In this document: positions 29,226-38,200 of the stretch, one piece after another | Layout of the letters: each line of letters opens with the position of its first letter | Numbering within the stretch: the stretch's first letter is position 1 | Sequence record: PQ632788.1 | Strand: one strand, 5' to 3' | Source: Pseudomonas phage Luminis | Length of the DNA stretch: 53,253 nt | Notes under the pieces: model-generated | Told to the model about the DNA's origin: nothing | Database searches by the model: none | What the model saw: the letters and a program-made list of their open reading frames with translations, nothing else | Translations under genes and position numbers: made by a program

Positions 29226-29639
29226 ATGAGCAAGATCACCGCAACCCGCATCGACAACGATGACCAGCGGCTCCAGGTCCTCCCGGCCCACTTCGGGGCG
29301 GACTTCCTCCGGGTCGAAATGGCCCTGTATGACCACCTCCAGAAGATGGCCCCGGAGGACTACAACGGCGCGTACTGGTACATGTACAAGCTGTCCAACG
29401 GCGCGATGTACCTGGCCCCGGCGATTGAGAACCGGAAGCTGCGACTGACCGTGGACACCAACGGCTACTCGGGCGAGGTCAGCGGAGACGCCGCGGGCCT
29501 GATCACCTGTCTGTTCGTGTTCAACGCCCTCTGCTGGAAGTACCCGCAGCGCGAGGACTTCGTGGACCTGTTCTACAAGCTGCGTGACTTCGCCTTCGAC
29601 CACCCGGAGGCTGAGGAAATCATCGCCGCCATCGACTGA
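29226..29639 (+). CDS. ArdB/KlcA-like antirestriction protein (family assignment from remembered consensus)
   Basis: QRLQVLPAHFGADFLRVE...YNGAYWYMYKLSNGAMYLAP...DLFYKLRDFAFDHPEAEEIIAAID resembles the ArdB/KlcA (PF03230-type) pattern. About 137 aa. First gene after promoter copy 5. Alternative start 29211. Confidence 0.45.
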   Translation: MSKITATRIDNDDQRLQVLPAHFGADFLRVEMALYDHLQKMAPEDYNGAYWYMYKLSNGAMYLAPAIENRKLRLTVDTNGYSGEVSGDAAGLITCLFVFNALCWKYPQREDFVDLFYKLRDFAFDHPEAEEIIAAID

Positions 29640-29697
29640 TACACCAACCCTGGGGCGGAGCCGATCCGCCCCGAACTTCCCAGAAAAGGAGTCAATC

Positions 29698-30033
29698 ATG
29701 ACCAAATCCGCCAACCCTCCCAAGGCCGTCCTCCTGGAGGAGACCATCAACGAAGGTCGCCAGGACGTGACCGCCCGCCGCATCCTGTCCCTGGGCGACT
29801 TCAAGGTGCGCCTCACGATCAAGTCCGACAGCTACCAATTCCAGTCCTTCGCCCGCGCGGAAGTCTGGAACCCGGCGACCCTGAGCTGGAACCAGGTCCA
29901 CTCCATCCACTACGCTGAAATGGCGACCCCGGAGGGCCTGTGCTACCACCCGAACAAGTCCGGCCTGAAGATCACCCACTTCACCCGCGACTTCGACCGC
30001 CTGCTGACGATGGTCAAGCAGATCATCCTCTGA
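29698..30033 (+). CDS. Hypothetical protein
   Basis: AAAAGGAG RBS. Confidence 0.5.
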   Translation: MTKSANPPKAVLLEETINEGRQDVTARRILSLGDFKVRLTIKSDSYQFQSFARAEVWNPATLSWNQVHSIHYAEMATPEGLCYHPNKSGLKITHFTRDFDRLLTMVKQIIL

Positions 30034-30047
30034 AGGAGAACCCGACC

Positions 30048-30260
30048 ATGGCCAATATGAGCTACTGCCGTTGGGAGAACACCCTCAACGACCTCCGCGA
30101 CTGCGCGGAACACGTGAACGACCCCCTGGGCGGATCGGAAGCCCGCGCCCGGGCGTCCCTCCTCGAACTCGCCGCGGACATGCTGGAGGAGGTCGGGGTG
30201 ACCATCGACCGCCGCGAGCTGGACGAAGCCCTGAGCAACGCCCCGGGAGGTGAGGAATGA
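30048..30260 (+). CDS. Hypothetical small protein
   Basis: GAAGGAG RBS. Confidence 0.45.
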   Translation: MANMSYCRWENTLNDLRDCAEHVNDPLGGSEARARASLLELAADMLEEVGVTIDRRELDEALSNAPGGEE

Positions 30261-30652
30261 GCGGACGCTACAAGGTCCTGGTCGGGTCCCAATCCGGCCA
30301 CTGCTGCTTCGACTACACCGTGGTGGACACCCTCAAGCCCCACCCCGTGTATGCTTCGCAAGGTCTGTTCGACGCGATCTGCGAGACGTTCAGCGAGGAG
30401 GAAGCCCACGCGGTCGCCCGCGCCCTGAACGCCGCGACCACGAACCAGGCGACCCTCGCCCGCGCCGCTCGCCTGTTCGAGGAGGCCCTGCCGAAGTTCA
30501 ACTGGGGCGCGAGCGCCCTGGACGCCAACGCGATCCAGCTGCTCAACGAGGTCCCGGGCGAAGTCCGCGCGGCCCTGAAGGCTTGCACCCTGTGCGGAGG
30601 GGAAGGCCACACGGCCCCGAACTGCCCCTGGGCGAAGGAGGGCGGAGCATGA
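30257..30652 (+). CDS. Hypothetical protein with C-terminal CCHC zinc-knuckle-like motif
   Basis: CTLCGGEGHTAPNC. Confidence 0.5.
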   Translation: MSGRYKVLVGSQSGHCCFDYTVVDTLKPHPVYASQGLFDAICETFSEEEAHAVARALNAATTNQATLARAARLFEEALPKFNWGASALDANAIQLLNEVPGEVRAALKACTLCGGEGHTAPNCPWAKEGGA

Positions 30653-30951
30653 CCCCAGCAAAGGCTGACGCCCTGATCCAGGAGTTCATCGACCTGGGCG
30701 AGCAGATGAAGCGGCTGAAGGACCGCCGGGCGAAGATCGCCCAACAGTTCGCCCCGGGACGGACGGAAGGCGACCGCTTGGCCCTGTACGTCGCCGGGCG
30801 GGGCTACTCCTCCCGCTTCGACGCGGCCCTGCTGCGCCGGTACGTGCCCGCCGCCACGTTGGACCTCTGCCGCGTGACGACCTACAAGAACGGCTCCGCC
30901 CGCGTGGTGCCGAAGTCGAAACCAAGACCCAAGAAGGAGAAGCGAGCATGA
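30649..30951 (+). CDS. Hypothetical protein
   Basis: ATGA overlap. Confidence 0.45.
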   Translation: MTPAKADALIQEFIDLGEQMKRLKDRRAKIAQQFAPGRTEGDRLALYVAGRGYSSRFDAALLRRYVPAATLDLCRVTTYKNGSARVVPKSKPRPKKEKRA

Positions 30952-31277
30952 AGCGGGGAATCTACCGCGGCCCGATCCCGCACCTGATCGGCAAGACCGC
31001 GCTGCTGCGCGAGGCGACCCACGGCCATGTCGTGGCGCAGTTCGATGACTGGAGCCTGACCCGGAGCGGCGACCCGATCCCGGCGGAGAAGCCCGAAGGC
31101 CCGCCCGCGGACGCCCTGGGCTACGGCTGGCACGCCTTCCCGGCGGAGGACTTCGAGGAGAACCGGACCTGCCCGACCTGCGAGGCGACCGGCTTTCAAC
31201 AAAGCACGCTGGGTCCTGACCGCTGTACCTTCTGCGACGGGACGGAAGGCGGGAACCCGCCGGAGGAGGACGCATGA
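30948..31277 (+). CDS. Hypothetical zinc-ribbon protein
   Basis: CPTCE...CTFCDG. Confidence 0.45.
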   Translation: MKRGIYRGPIPHLIGKTALLREATHGHVVAQFDDWSLTRSGDPIPAEKPEGPPADALGYGWHAFPAEDFEENRTCPTCEATGFQQSTLGPDRCTFCDGTEGGNPPEEDA

Positions 31278-31462
31278 ACACGCCCAACACCCCGCCCGAC
31301 CGCCGCGTGCGGTCCATGACCTCCTCCGTGGGCACGACCCGCGACGGCTACCTGGTCCGCCAAGTGGTTGTCGAGTGCGAGGACGGCACGCTGTGGCGAC
31401 TCTGCGACAACGAAGCCGGGACTGATCACTGGGTCCGGCTCCCGGCGATCCCGGGGAGGTGA
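31274..31462 (+). CDS. Hypothetical small protein
   Basis: ORF. Confidence 0.4.
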   Translation: MNTPNTPPDRRVRSMTSSVGTTRDGYLVRQVVVECEDGTLWRLCDNEAGTDHWVRLPAIPGR

Positions 31463-31465
31463 ACT

Positions 31466-31720
31466 ATGTCCCTGGCTGAGTTCGAGGACCGCGTGGCGGG
31501 CATCCCCTGCCTCATCGTGGTCACCTACTGGGAACCCTACGTGCCCGCCCAAATCAGCGGCCCGCCTGAATACTGCTACCCGGCGGAAGGCGGATGCGGT
31601 GAATGGGAAGTCCGCGACCGCCGCGGACGCCCAGCCCCCTGGCTGGAGCGCAAGATGACGGAGGCGGAGCGCGAACGCATCGACCAGGCCGTGTTCGACT
31701 ACATGGAGGACCGGCGATGA
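31466..31720 (+). CDS. Hypothetical small protein
   Basis: ORF. Confidence 0.45.
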   Translation: MSLAEFEDRVAGIPCLIVVTYWEPYVPAQISGPPEYCYPAEGGCGEWEVRDRRGRPAPWLERKMTEAERERIDQAVFDYMEDRR

Positions 31721-31935
31721 CCTGCGTGCGCATCCCGGGCGGCATCGTCTGCCTGTCGCCCTTCTTCCGGCTCCGCCTCGCGGACGGCTCCTGCGTGTTC
31801 ATGGAGTGGCACAACTACTGCGGGCCGACCTTCTTCCGCGACCGGGCGGCACGCCGCATGATTGACGAGTGGTGGGACAACCCCGCGATCTGCGCCGCCT
31901 TGGACTGGTTCCTTCAACGAGGGAAGCGGGCCTGA
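31717..31935 (+). CDS. Hypothetical Cys-rich small protein
   Basis: ATGA overlap. ATG 31717 within track ORF 31603-31935. Confidence 0.4.
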   Translation: MTCVRIPGGIVCLSPFFRLRLADGSCVFMEWHNYCGPTFFRDRAARRMIDEWWDNPAICAALDWFLQRGKRA

Positions 31936-32044
31936 CCACCCCTCACGATCAATGCCCCGCCGGGCGGCAATGGTGCCGACTTCACTACAGGAGGCTCACA
32001 GCTGCGGGAAAACCGGCGGGGCTCCCTCCTCCTTCTCCACTTCG

Positions 32045-32165
32045 ACCGGGTGCGCTTGGGTTACGGGAGTGCGCTTGGGTTCGGCTCCGAAAAAGTATGA
32101 AGCAAGGCGTGGCGGGAAGTCAAGCCCGTCTGGGGTTCCCGCACCTTGCGCTTAGGTTACTTGGG
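32045..32165. repeat. Direct repeats (TGCGCTTGGGTT x2 plus TGCGCTTAGGTT) in the long non-coding region. Coordinates are approximate to within 2 nt.
   Basis: GGGTGCGCTTGGGTTACGGGAGTGCGCTTGGGTTCGG, and about 85 nt later CCTTGCGCTTAGGTTACTTGGG. Confidence 0.5.
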
Positions 32166-32267
32166 ATTCTTACCTGAAATAAATTCGCCCGACAAATCGA
32201 CCCGGCGGACCGGCCCAAGAGAATCCTTGTTGAGGCTTCCGGCTGTCCGAAGGGCTCCCAGGGGGTT

Positions 32268-32325
32268 AAGGTAAGTAAGTTAAGTAAGTTAAGTATCTAT
32301 CTATCTATCTATCTATAAAGGGCTG
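32268..32325. repeat. AT-rich low-complexity tract: (GTAAGTTAA)-type repeats followed by (TCTA)5 microsatellite. Coordinates are approximate.
   Basis: GGTAAGTAAGTTAAGTAAGTTAAGTATCTATCTATCTATCTATCTATAAAGGG inside a roughly 63% GC genome, followed by an imperfect hairpin with a T-run. Confidence 0.6.
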
Positions 32326-32484
32326 TTTTATATGGCCTTTTTGCCCGCTTGACTTTTTACTTTTTCGGACGTGGAAGTGAAGCGCGACCCCTCGAACCTA
32401 AGCGGAGGACGCCGCGTGCCTGCTTGGGCAATCCGCTCCAGCATACACCTGGGCTCATCGACTCCCGCGGGCGCGACCCTCGCC

Positions 32485-32513
32485 CTTGGCTAATGTACAA
32501 CCTCACGCTATAC
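32485..32513 (+). promoter_or_regulatory. Candidate sigma70-type promoter for the packaging/structural operon. Coordinates are approximate.
   Basis: TTGGCT-N17-TATACT about 90 nt upstream of the small terminase start. Confidence 0.35.
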
Positions 32514-32599
32514 TCGCGGCAAGGATGTCCTTGGGCGTGAGGCCGGGGACGGATCGCCGCGTGATGCGCGATTGACGAACAGTACACTGAGAGGGGAGC

Positions 32600-33130
32600 G
32601 TGATGCGCCCGATTGAAAAACTTCAGCGGAAGCCGATGGTGCCCTTCACCTCGGACCGCAAGCAGCAGTTCCTGGACCTGTTCCGGTCGCACCCGGAGTT
32701 GAAGGGGTGCCGCGCCCTTTGCGCGGAGGCGGTGGGCGTCTCCATCACCACTTTGTATGATCATCTGAAGCGTGACCCGGAGTTTGCCGAAGCCTTCGAG
32801 GACGCGCTGCAAGCCTTCATTGACGAGAACATGTTTGCCCCGGCCCTGAAGCGGGCGCGGGACGGCGTGGAGCGCCCGATCATCGGCGGGAAGTTCAAGG
32901 ATGAGATCATCACATATGAGAAGGTGTACAGCGATTCGATGATGCTGGCGATGCTCCGCGCCCACAAGCCGGAGTTCAAGGACAAGGATGGATCGGGCAT
33001 GAGCCAGAGCGGATCGGGCGGGGGCGTGCTCATCGTCCCGGGGGCTCCGGCCACGATCAACGAGTGGCAGAACCAGTTTGGGGACCTCGCCCGCGGGACC
33101 GTGGGCCGTCCGACCGGGGAGGGCAGCTGA
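32600..33130 (+). CDS. Terminase small subunit
   Basis: Position immediately upstream of the large terminase. HTH-like N-terminus CRALCAEAVGVSITTLYDHLKRD. Gly/Ser-rich C-terminal tail. ATG one codon after the GTG track start. Confidence 0.65.
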   Translation: MMRPIEKLQRKPMVPFTSDRKQQFLDLFRSHPELKGCRALCAEAVGVSITTLYDHLKRDPEFAEAFEDALQAFIDENMFAPALKRARDGVERPIIGGKFKDEIITYEKVYSDSMMLAMLRAHKPEFKDKDGSGMSQSGSGGGVLIVPGAPATINEWQNQFGDLARGTVGRPTGEGS

Positions 33131-34677
33131 TGTTTGCCCAGACCGAAGTGAGCAAGGCGGTCGCCATCGCCGCCCGCCCGGACTACCCGATTGAGTGGCG
33201 CGAGGCGGAGCCCGGCGAGCTGCGGGGCTACTACGTGGACCCGGAGACGGGGAAGGAGTCGGAGGCGACCTGGTGCCCGCAGTACGGGTCGCAGCTCGCC
33301 TTCCTCATGGCGCACCCGATCTTCGAGGTGCTGTATGAGGGGACGCGCGGCCCGGGTAAGACCGACTGCCTGCTGATGGACTTCCTCCAGCACGTGGGGA
33401 AGGGCTACGGGTCGGAGTGGCGCGGCATCTTGTTCCGTCAGACCTACCCCCAGCTGTCGGACGTGATCAACAAGACCAACAAGTGGTTCAAGCGCATCTT
33501 CCCGGGGGCCAAGTACAACAAGGTGGAGCACAAGTGGACCTTCCCGGACGGCGAGGAGCTGCTGCTGCGTCACATGAAGTCGCCGGAGGATTATTGGAAC
33601 TACCACGGCCACGCCTATCCGTGGATTGGCTGGGAAGAACTCTGCAACTGGGCCGACGACAAGTGTTACACCGTCATGATGTCCTGCTGCCGCTCCACGA
33701 AGCCGGGGATGCCCCGCTGCTACCGGGCGACCACCAACCCCTACGGCCCCGGCCACAACTGGGTCAAGGCCCGCTTCCGCCTCCCCCACATGCGCGGTCG
33801 GGTGATCCTGGACGCGATGCGAGACGGCGAGCGCGAACCGCCCCGGGTCGCCATCCACGGGTCCATCTATGAGAACCAAATCCTGCTCCACGCTGACCCG
33901 GAGTACATCAGCAAGATTCGAGCCGCGGCCCGGAACCCCTCCGAACTCGCCGCCTGGCTCCACGGCTCCTGGGACATCATCGCGGGAGGTATGTTTGACG
34001 ACATCTACCGCGGGGACGTACACGTGGTGCCCTCCGTCCCGCTGTCGGTGATCCCGAAGCGGTGGAAGATTGACCGCAGCTTCGACTGGGGCAGCTCCAA
34101 GCCCTTCGCCGTCCTGTGGTGGGCGGAGTCGAATGGGGAGCCGTTCGAGTGGAATGGCCGCGTGTACGGGAAGGTGCGGGGCGACTTGTACCTGATCCAG
34201 GAGTGGTACGGCTGGAACGGAACGCGCAACGAGGGCGTCCGCATGCTCGCCTCGGAGGTCGCCCAAGGGGTGAAGGACCGGGAGGAGGACTGGGCGCTGG
34301 AAGGTCGGGTCAAGCCCGGCCCCGCTGACTCCTCCATCTTCGACGTGGAGAACGGCAACAGCATCGCCGTGGACATGGAGAAGAAGGGCGTGCGCTGGAC
34401 GCCCGCGGACAAGGGCCCAGGCTCGCGCAAGCAGGGCTGGGAGCAAATCCGCAAGCTGCTCAAGGGGGCGTTGCCTCCGGCGGGCGGGGGACCGCGCGAG
34501 GTCCCTGGGCTGTTCATCTTCGACTGGTGTCAGCAGACCATCGAGACGGTCCCTGTGCTGCCCCGCGACGACAAGGACCTGGATGACGTGAACACGGAGG
34601 CGGAGGACCATATTGGGGACGCGATCCGCTACCGCGTGCGCAAGAAGCTGCGTGGCGTCAAGCAGGGCAACATGTAA
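33130..34677 (+). CDS. Terminase large subunit
   Basis: ATG 33130 (ATGA overlap with TerS) within track ORF 33064-34677. P-loop-like EGTRGPGKT and a C-terminal nuclease region. Confidence 0.8.
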   Translation: MFAQTEVSKAVAIAARPDYPIEWREAEPGELRGYYVDPETGKESEATWCPQYGSQLAFLMAHPIFEVLYEGTRGPGKTDCLLMDFLQHVGKGYGSEWRGILFRQTYPQLSDVINKTNKWFKRIFPGAKYNKVEHKWTFPDGEELLLRHMKSPEDYWNYHGHAYPWIGWEELCNWADDKCYTVMMSCCRSTKPGMPRCYRATTNPYGPGHNWVKARFRLPHMRGRVILDAMRDGEREPPRVAIHGSIYENQILLHADPEYISKIRAAARNPSELAAWLHGSWDIIAGGMFDDIYRGDVHVVPSVPLSVIPKRWKIDRSFDWGSSKPFAVLWWAESNGEPFEWNGRVYGKVRGDLYLIQEWYGWNGTRNEGVRMLASEVAQGVKDREEDWALEGRVKPGPADSSIFDVENGNSIAVDMEKKGVRWTPADKGPGSRKQGWEQIRKLLKGALPPAGGGPREVPGLFIFDWCQQTIETVPVLPRDDKDLDDVNTEAEDHIGDAIRYRVRKKLRGVKQGNM

Positions 34678-34734
34678 TACAACTTGCCGGGTCCTCGCCT
34701 TCGGGCGAGAATCCGCGAACCAGGAGAACCGACC

Positions 34735-36234
34735 ATGGCCGACAAAGACCCAAAGAGCCCCGCCACGACCAGCGGGGCGTATGACCAGATGCTCCCGCGC
34801 TGGCACGTCATCGAGACGCTGCTGGGCGGGACCGAAGCAATGCGCGAGGCGGGCGAGACGTACCTGCCCCGCCACCAGGAGGAGACGGACAAGGGCTATC
34901 AGGAGCGCCTGGCCTCCGCCGTCCTCCTCAACATGGTCGAACAGACGCTGGACACCCTGAGCGGCAAGCCCTTCAGCGAGCCGATCAAGCTCAACGAGGA
35001 CGTGCCCAAGGCGATTGAGGAGACGATCCTGCCTGACGTGGACCTCCAGGGGAACAACCTGGACGTGTTCGCCCGTCAGTGGTTCCGCGAAGGCATGGCC
35101 AAGGCCCTGTGCCACGTCCTCATCGACATGCCCCGCCCGGCCCCGCGGGAGGACGGCCAACCCCGGACCCTGGCGGATGACCGCCGGGAGGGCCTGCGCC
35201 CGTACTGGGTGATGATCAAGCCGGAGTGCCTGCTGTTCGCCCGGTCGGAGGTGATCAACGGGGTCGAAGTCCTCCAGCACGTCCGCATCATCGAACACTA
35301 CATGGAGCAGGACGGCTTCGCGGAGGTCTGCAAGCGCCGCATCCGCGTCCTGGAGCCGGGCCTTGTCCAGCTCTGGGAGCCGGTGAAGAAGTCCAACGCC
35401 CAGAAGGAGGAGTGGGTGCTGGTGGATGAGTGGGCGACGGGGTTGAACTACGTCCCGCTGGTCACCTTCTACGCGGACCGCCAAGGCTTCATGATGGGCA
35501 AGCCCCCGCTCCTGGACCTGGCTCACCTCAACGTGGCGCACTGGCAGTCCGCTTCCGACCAACGCCACATCCTCACCGTCTCCCGCTTCCCGATCCTCGC
35601 CTGCTCGGGGGCGTCCGGGGAGGACTCGGACCCGGTGGTGGTCGGGCCGAACAAGGTGCTGTACAACCCGGACCCGGCGGGCCGGTTCTACTACGTGGAG
35701 CACACCGGCCAAGCCATCGCCGCGGGCCGCACGGACCTCAAGGACCTTGAGGAGCAGATGGCGGGCTATGGCGCGGAGTTCCTGAAGCGCAAGACCGGCG
35801 GGCAGACGGCGACCGCCCGGGCGCTGGACAGCGCGGAGGCGACCAGCGACCTGAGCGCGATGACGGGGCTGTTCGAGGACGCCCTGGCCCAGGCCCTGGA
35901 CATCACCGCGGACTGGCTCCGCCTCGGGCCGAACGGCGGCACCGTGGAGCTGGTGAAGGACTATGACCTGGAGGAAATGGACGCCCCGGGCCTTCAGGCC
36001 CTCCAAGTCGCACGCGAGAAGCGCGACATCAGCCGCAAGACCTACCTGAATGGCCTCCGCCTGCGCGGGGTCCTCCCGGAGGACTTCGATGAGGATGAGG
36101 ACTGGGAGGAGCTGATGGAGGAAATCAGCGAGGCGATGGGCCGCGCTGGCTTGGACCTGGACCCGGCCCAGAAGAACCCGCCCGAAGGTGGGGAGGGTGG
36201 AGAAGGTGGTGGAAATCCTGGAGGCGAGTCATGA
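34735..36234 (+). CDS. Portal protein
   Basis: Position after TerL. About 500 aa. Acidic Gly-rich C-terminal tail. ATG 34735 with AGGAG RBS. Confidence 0.65.
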   Translation: MADKDPKSPATTSGAYDQMLPRWHVIETLLGGTEAMREAGETYLPRHQEETDKGYQERLASAVLLNMVEQTLDTLSGKPFSEPIKLNEDVPKAIEETILPDVDLQGNNLDVFARQWFREGMAKALCHVLIDMPRPAPREDGQPRTLADDRREGLRPYWVMIKPECLLFARSEVINGVEVLQHVRIIEHYMEQDGFAEVCKRRIRVLEPGLVQLWEPVKKSNAQKEEWVLVDEWATGLNYVPLVTFYADRQGFMMGKPPLLDLAHLNVAHWQSASDQRHILTVSRFPILACSGASGEDSDPVVVGPNKVLYNPDPAGRFYYVEHTGQAIAAGRTDLKDLEEQMAGYGAEFLKRKTGGQTATARALDSAEATSDLSAMTGLFEDALAQALDITADWLRLGPNGGTVELVKDYDLEEMDAPGLQALQVAREKRDISRKTYLNGLRLRGVLPEDFDEDEDWEELMEEISEAMGRAGLDLDPAQKNPPEGGEGGEGGGNPGGES

Positions 36235-36350
36235 ACGTCTGGCACTTCTTGGGGCTTTGGCTCCTCCTGAGCATCGTCCTCGGGCCGCTGATCGGGGCGT
36301 GTATCCACTTCGGCATGAACGGGCCCAAGCCTGAGCCGGAGGAACGCTGA
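36231..36350 (+). CDS. Small hydrophobic protein (39 aa), not in the ORF track
   Basis: ATGA overlap with the portal stop and TGATG overlap with the next start. WHFLGLWLLLSIVLGPLIGACIHF. High GC3. Confidence 0.4.
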   Translation: MNVWHFLGLWLLLSIVLGPLIGACIHFGMNGPKPEPEER

Positions 36351-36937
36351 TGGGGTGCCTGTACCGCGTGTCCTTCCCCAACGGGAAAGCCTACTTGGGC
36401 ATCACGACCCAGACGGCCCAGGCCCGGTTCAAGGACCATTGTTCAGAGGCGGGCCGCTTGAAGCGGGAGAAGTCCCGGGGAGGCTCGCTGCTCCATCACG
36501 CCTTGAACAAGTACCCGGGTCAGGCGCAACTCGAAGTCCTGGTGATTGCGGAGGATTGGGACTACCTTTGCGAGCTGGAGCGAAAGGCCATCCAAGCCTT
36601 CGGGACACGGAAGCCGAACGGCTACAACCTGACCGAAGGGGGCGAAGGCACGCCCGGCTATCGCATGCCGCCGGAGTCCCGGGAGCGTCAACGGCAAGCC
36701 GTTCTGGGATCGAAATGGAAGGAGGACGCCCGGCAACGCTTCTCGGAGCAGTGCCGGGGTCGGATAATCACCCCGGAGACGCGAGCGAAGATGGCGGAAG
36801 CGAAGCGGGGGAACTCCTTGCGGGCTCGCCCGGTCACGTTGGATGGGGTGGCCTATCCCTCAATCAAGATAGCCCAGGAAAAGACCGGCCTGGGTTGGGA
36901 CGCAATCCAGAAGGTACTGAGAAATGGCGACATTTAA
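36350..36937 (+). CDS. GIY-YIG homing endonuclease (second copy)
   Basis: CLYRVSFPNGKAYLGIT core. NUMOD3-like repeats GYRMPPESRERQ and RIITPETRAKMAEAKRG. Inserted between the portal and head-morphogenesis genes. Confidence 0.8.
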   Translation: MGCLYRVSFPNGKAYLGITTQTAQARFKDHCSEAGRLKREKSRGGSLLHHALNKYPGQAQLEVLVIAEDWDYLCELERKAIQAFGTRKPNGYNLTEGGEGTPGYRMPPESRERQRQAVLGSKWKEDARQRFSEQCRGRIITPETRAKMAEAKRGNSLRARPVTLDGVAYPSIKIAQEKTGLGWDAIQKVLRNGDI

Positions 36938-38132
36938 CGAAGAATACAGGGACGCCGCGCTGCGTCACCAAATCGACCTGCGCCGCTACAGCGCGGGCGT
37001 GACCAAGCGGGTCGCCCGTCTCCTGGAGGAGGCGGACCGCGACCTGACCGAACGCCTGCGCACCCGGCTCGCCCGCTTCGAGGGCCGTGACCTGGACTTC
37101 ACCGGCGAACGCTGGAAGGCCCTGCTCACGGACATCCGCGGAGCCCGGGCCGCGGCCCTCGCGGAGTACAAGACCCTGGTGCGGGACGAACTCGGGCAGC
37201 TCGCCGTCCTCGAAGGCCAGGCCGAAATCGACCTGCTGCAGTCCTCCATCACGATTGAGGTGGGCTTCATGGCGGTGAACGCGGACCAGCTCCGGGCCAT
37301 CGCCACCTCCCGCCCGTTCCAGGGCCGGTTCCTCCGGGACTGGTTCAGCACCCTGGAGGCGGTGGACCAGCAGCGACTGACCACGGCCCTTCAGCTCGGG
37401 ATGACGAACGGGGAGCCCATTGACGACATCGTGCGGCGAGTGGTCGGGACGCGCAAGAACGCCTATGCGGACGGCATCTTGTCGATGACCCGGCGGGACG
37501 CCCAGGGGATCGTCCGCACCGCGGTGAACCACGTGTCCAACACCGCGCGGGGCTACGTCTGGGACGCCAACAGCGACATCATCACGGCGAAGGTCTGGGT
37601 GAGCACGCTGGACGGTCGGACCACGGCTGTATGCCGCGCCCGGGACGGCCACGGGAGCCCCGTGGGCGACAATGAGCTGCCCGCGGACATCCCCCTGCTC
37701 CAGCCCAAGGACGCGAAGCCCCCGGCCCACTTCAACTGCCGGTCGGTGATGGTCGCCTACATCGACGGCGTGGGCCTCCTGGGCAATCGCCCGACCGTGA
37801 CGGACACCCGGACCCGCGCCAAGCGTGAAATCGACTTCCGCCGGATGGCGAAGGAGCAGGGCAAGCCGATCCAGGACATCAGGAAGGCTTGGGCCGCGGA
37901 GAACGTGGGCCGGGTTCCGGCGGCGACCACATATCAGGACTTCTTGAAGCGTCAGCCCGCCTCCTTCCAGGATGAGGTCCTGGGCAAGACCAAGGCCAAG
38001 CTGTTCCGGGAGGGCGGGCTGAACGTGGATCAATTTGTGGATCGGGCCGGCAACGAGCTGACCCTGTCTCAACTCGCGGAGCGCAAGCCGGACGCCTTCC
38101 GCAAGGCTGGCCTTGACCCTGAAAAGTTCTGA
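36924..38132 (+). CDS. Head morphogenesis protein (Mu F / SPP1 gp7 family)
   Basis: RTAVNHVSNTARGY and STLDGRTTAVCRARDG motifs typical of the Mu F-like domain. Confidence 0.75.
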   Translation: MATFNEEYRDAALRHQIDLRRYSAGVTKRVARLLEEADRDLTERLRTRLARFEGRDLDFTGERWKALLTDIRGARAAALAEYKTLVRDELGQLAVLEGQAEIDLLQSSITIEVGFMAVNADQLRAIATSRPFQGRFLRDWFSTLEAVDQQRLTTALQLGMTNGEPIDDIVRRVVGTRKNAYADGILSMTRRDAQGIVRTAVNHVSNTARGYVWDANSDIITAKVWVSTLDGRTTAVCRARDGHGSPVGDNELPADIPLLQPKDAKPPAHFNCRSVMVAYIDGVGLLGNRPTVTDTRTRAKREIDFRRMAKEQGKPIQDIRKAWAAENVGRVPAATTYQDFLKRQPASFQDEVLGKTKAKLFREGGLNVDQFVDRAGNELTLSQLAERKPDAFRKAGLDPEKF

Positions 38133-38200
38133 GGCTACAATATGAACCGTGCGTGAGGCACAACACTGGCGGGTGATCCGCCGACAATGAGGATACAATT

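Noticed and set aside
28871-29263. Alternative-frame + strand ORFs such as 28871-29263, 1128-1739, 2988-3428, 3425-3997
   Set aside because: They are embedded in other frames of well-supported genes, with low-complexity Arg/Pro/Ser composition.
32040-32270. Possible tRNA in the long non-coding region
   Set aside because: No cloverleaf was found. The GGTTCGG segments do not sit in a T-arm context and no anticodon stem-loop is evident.
33064-33129. N-terminal extensions in track ORFs (33064, 34684, 42252, 23861, 30250, 29136)
   Set aside because: The extensions overlap upstream genes and lack RBS. Internal starts with SD sequences were used instead.
32761-36006. Very long minus-strand ORFs (32761-36006, 47225-50401, 8179-10254, 1126-2568, 2587-4098, 43930-45717 and others)
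   Set aside because: They lie antisense to strongly supported genes on the + strand. They are rich in Arg/Gly/Pro/Ala as expected for stop-poor antisense frames in high-GC DNA. They have no RBS and no motifs.
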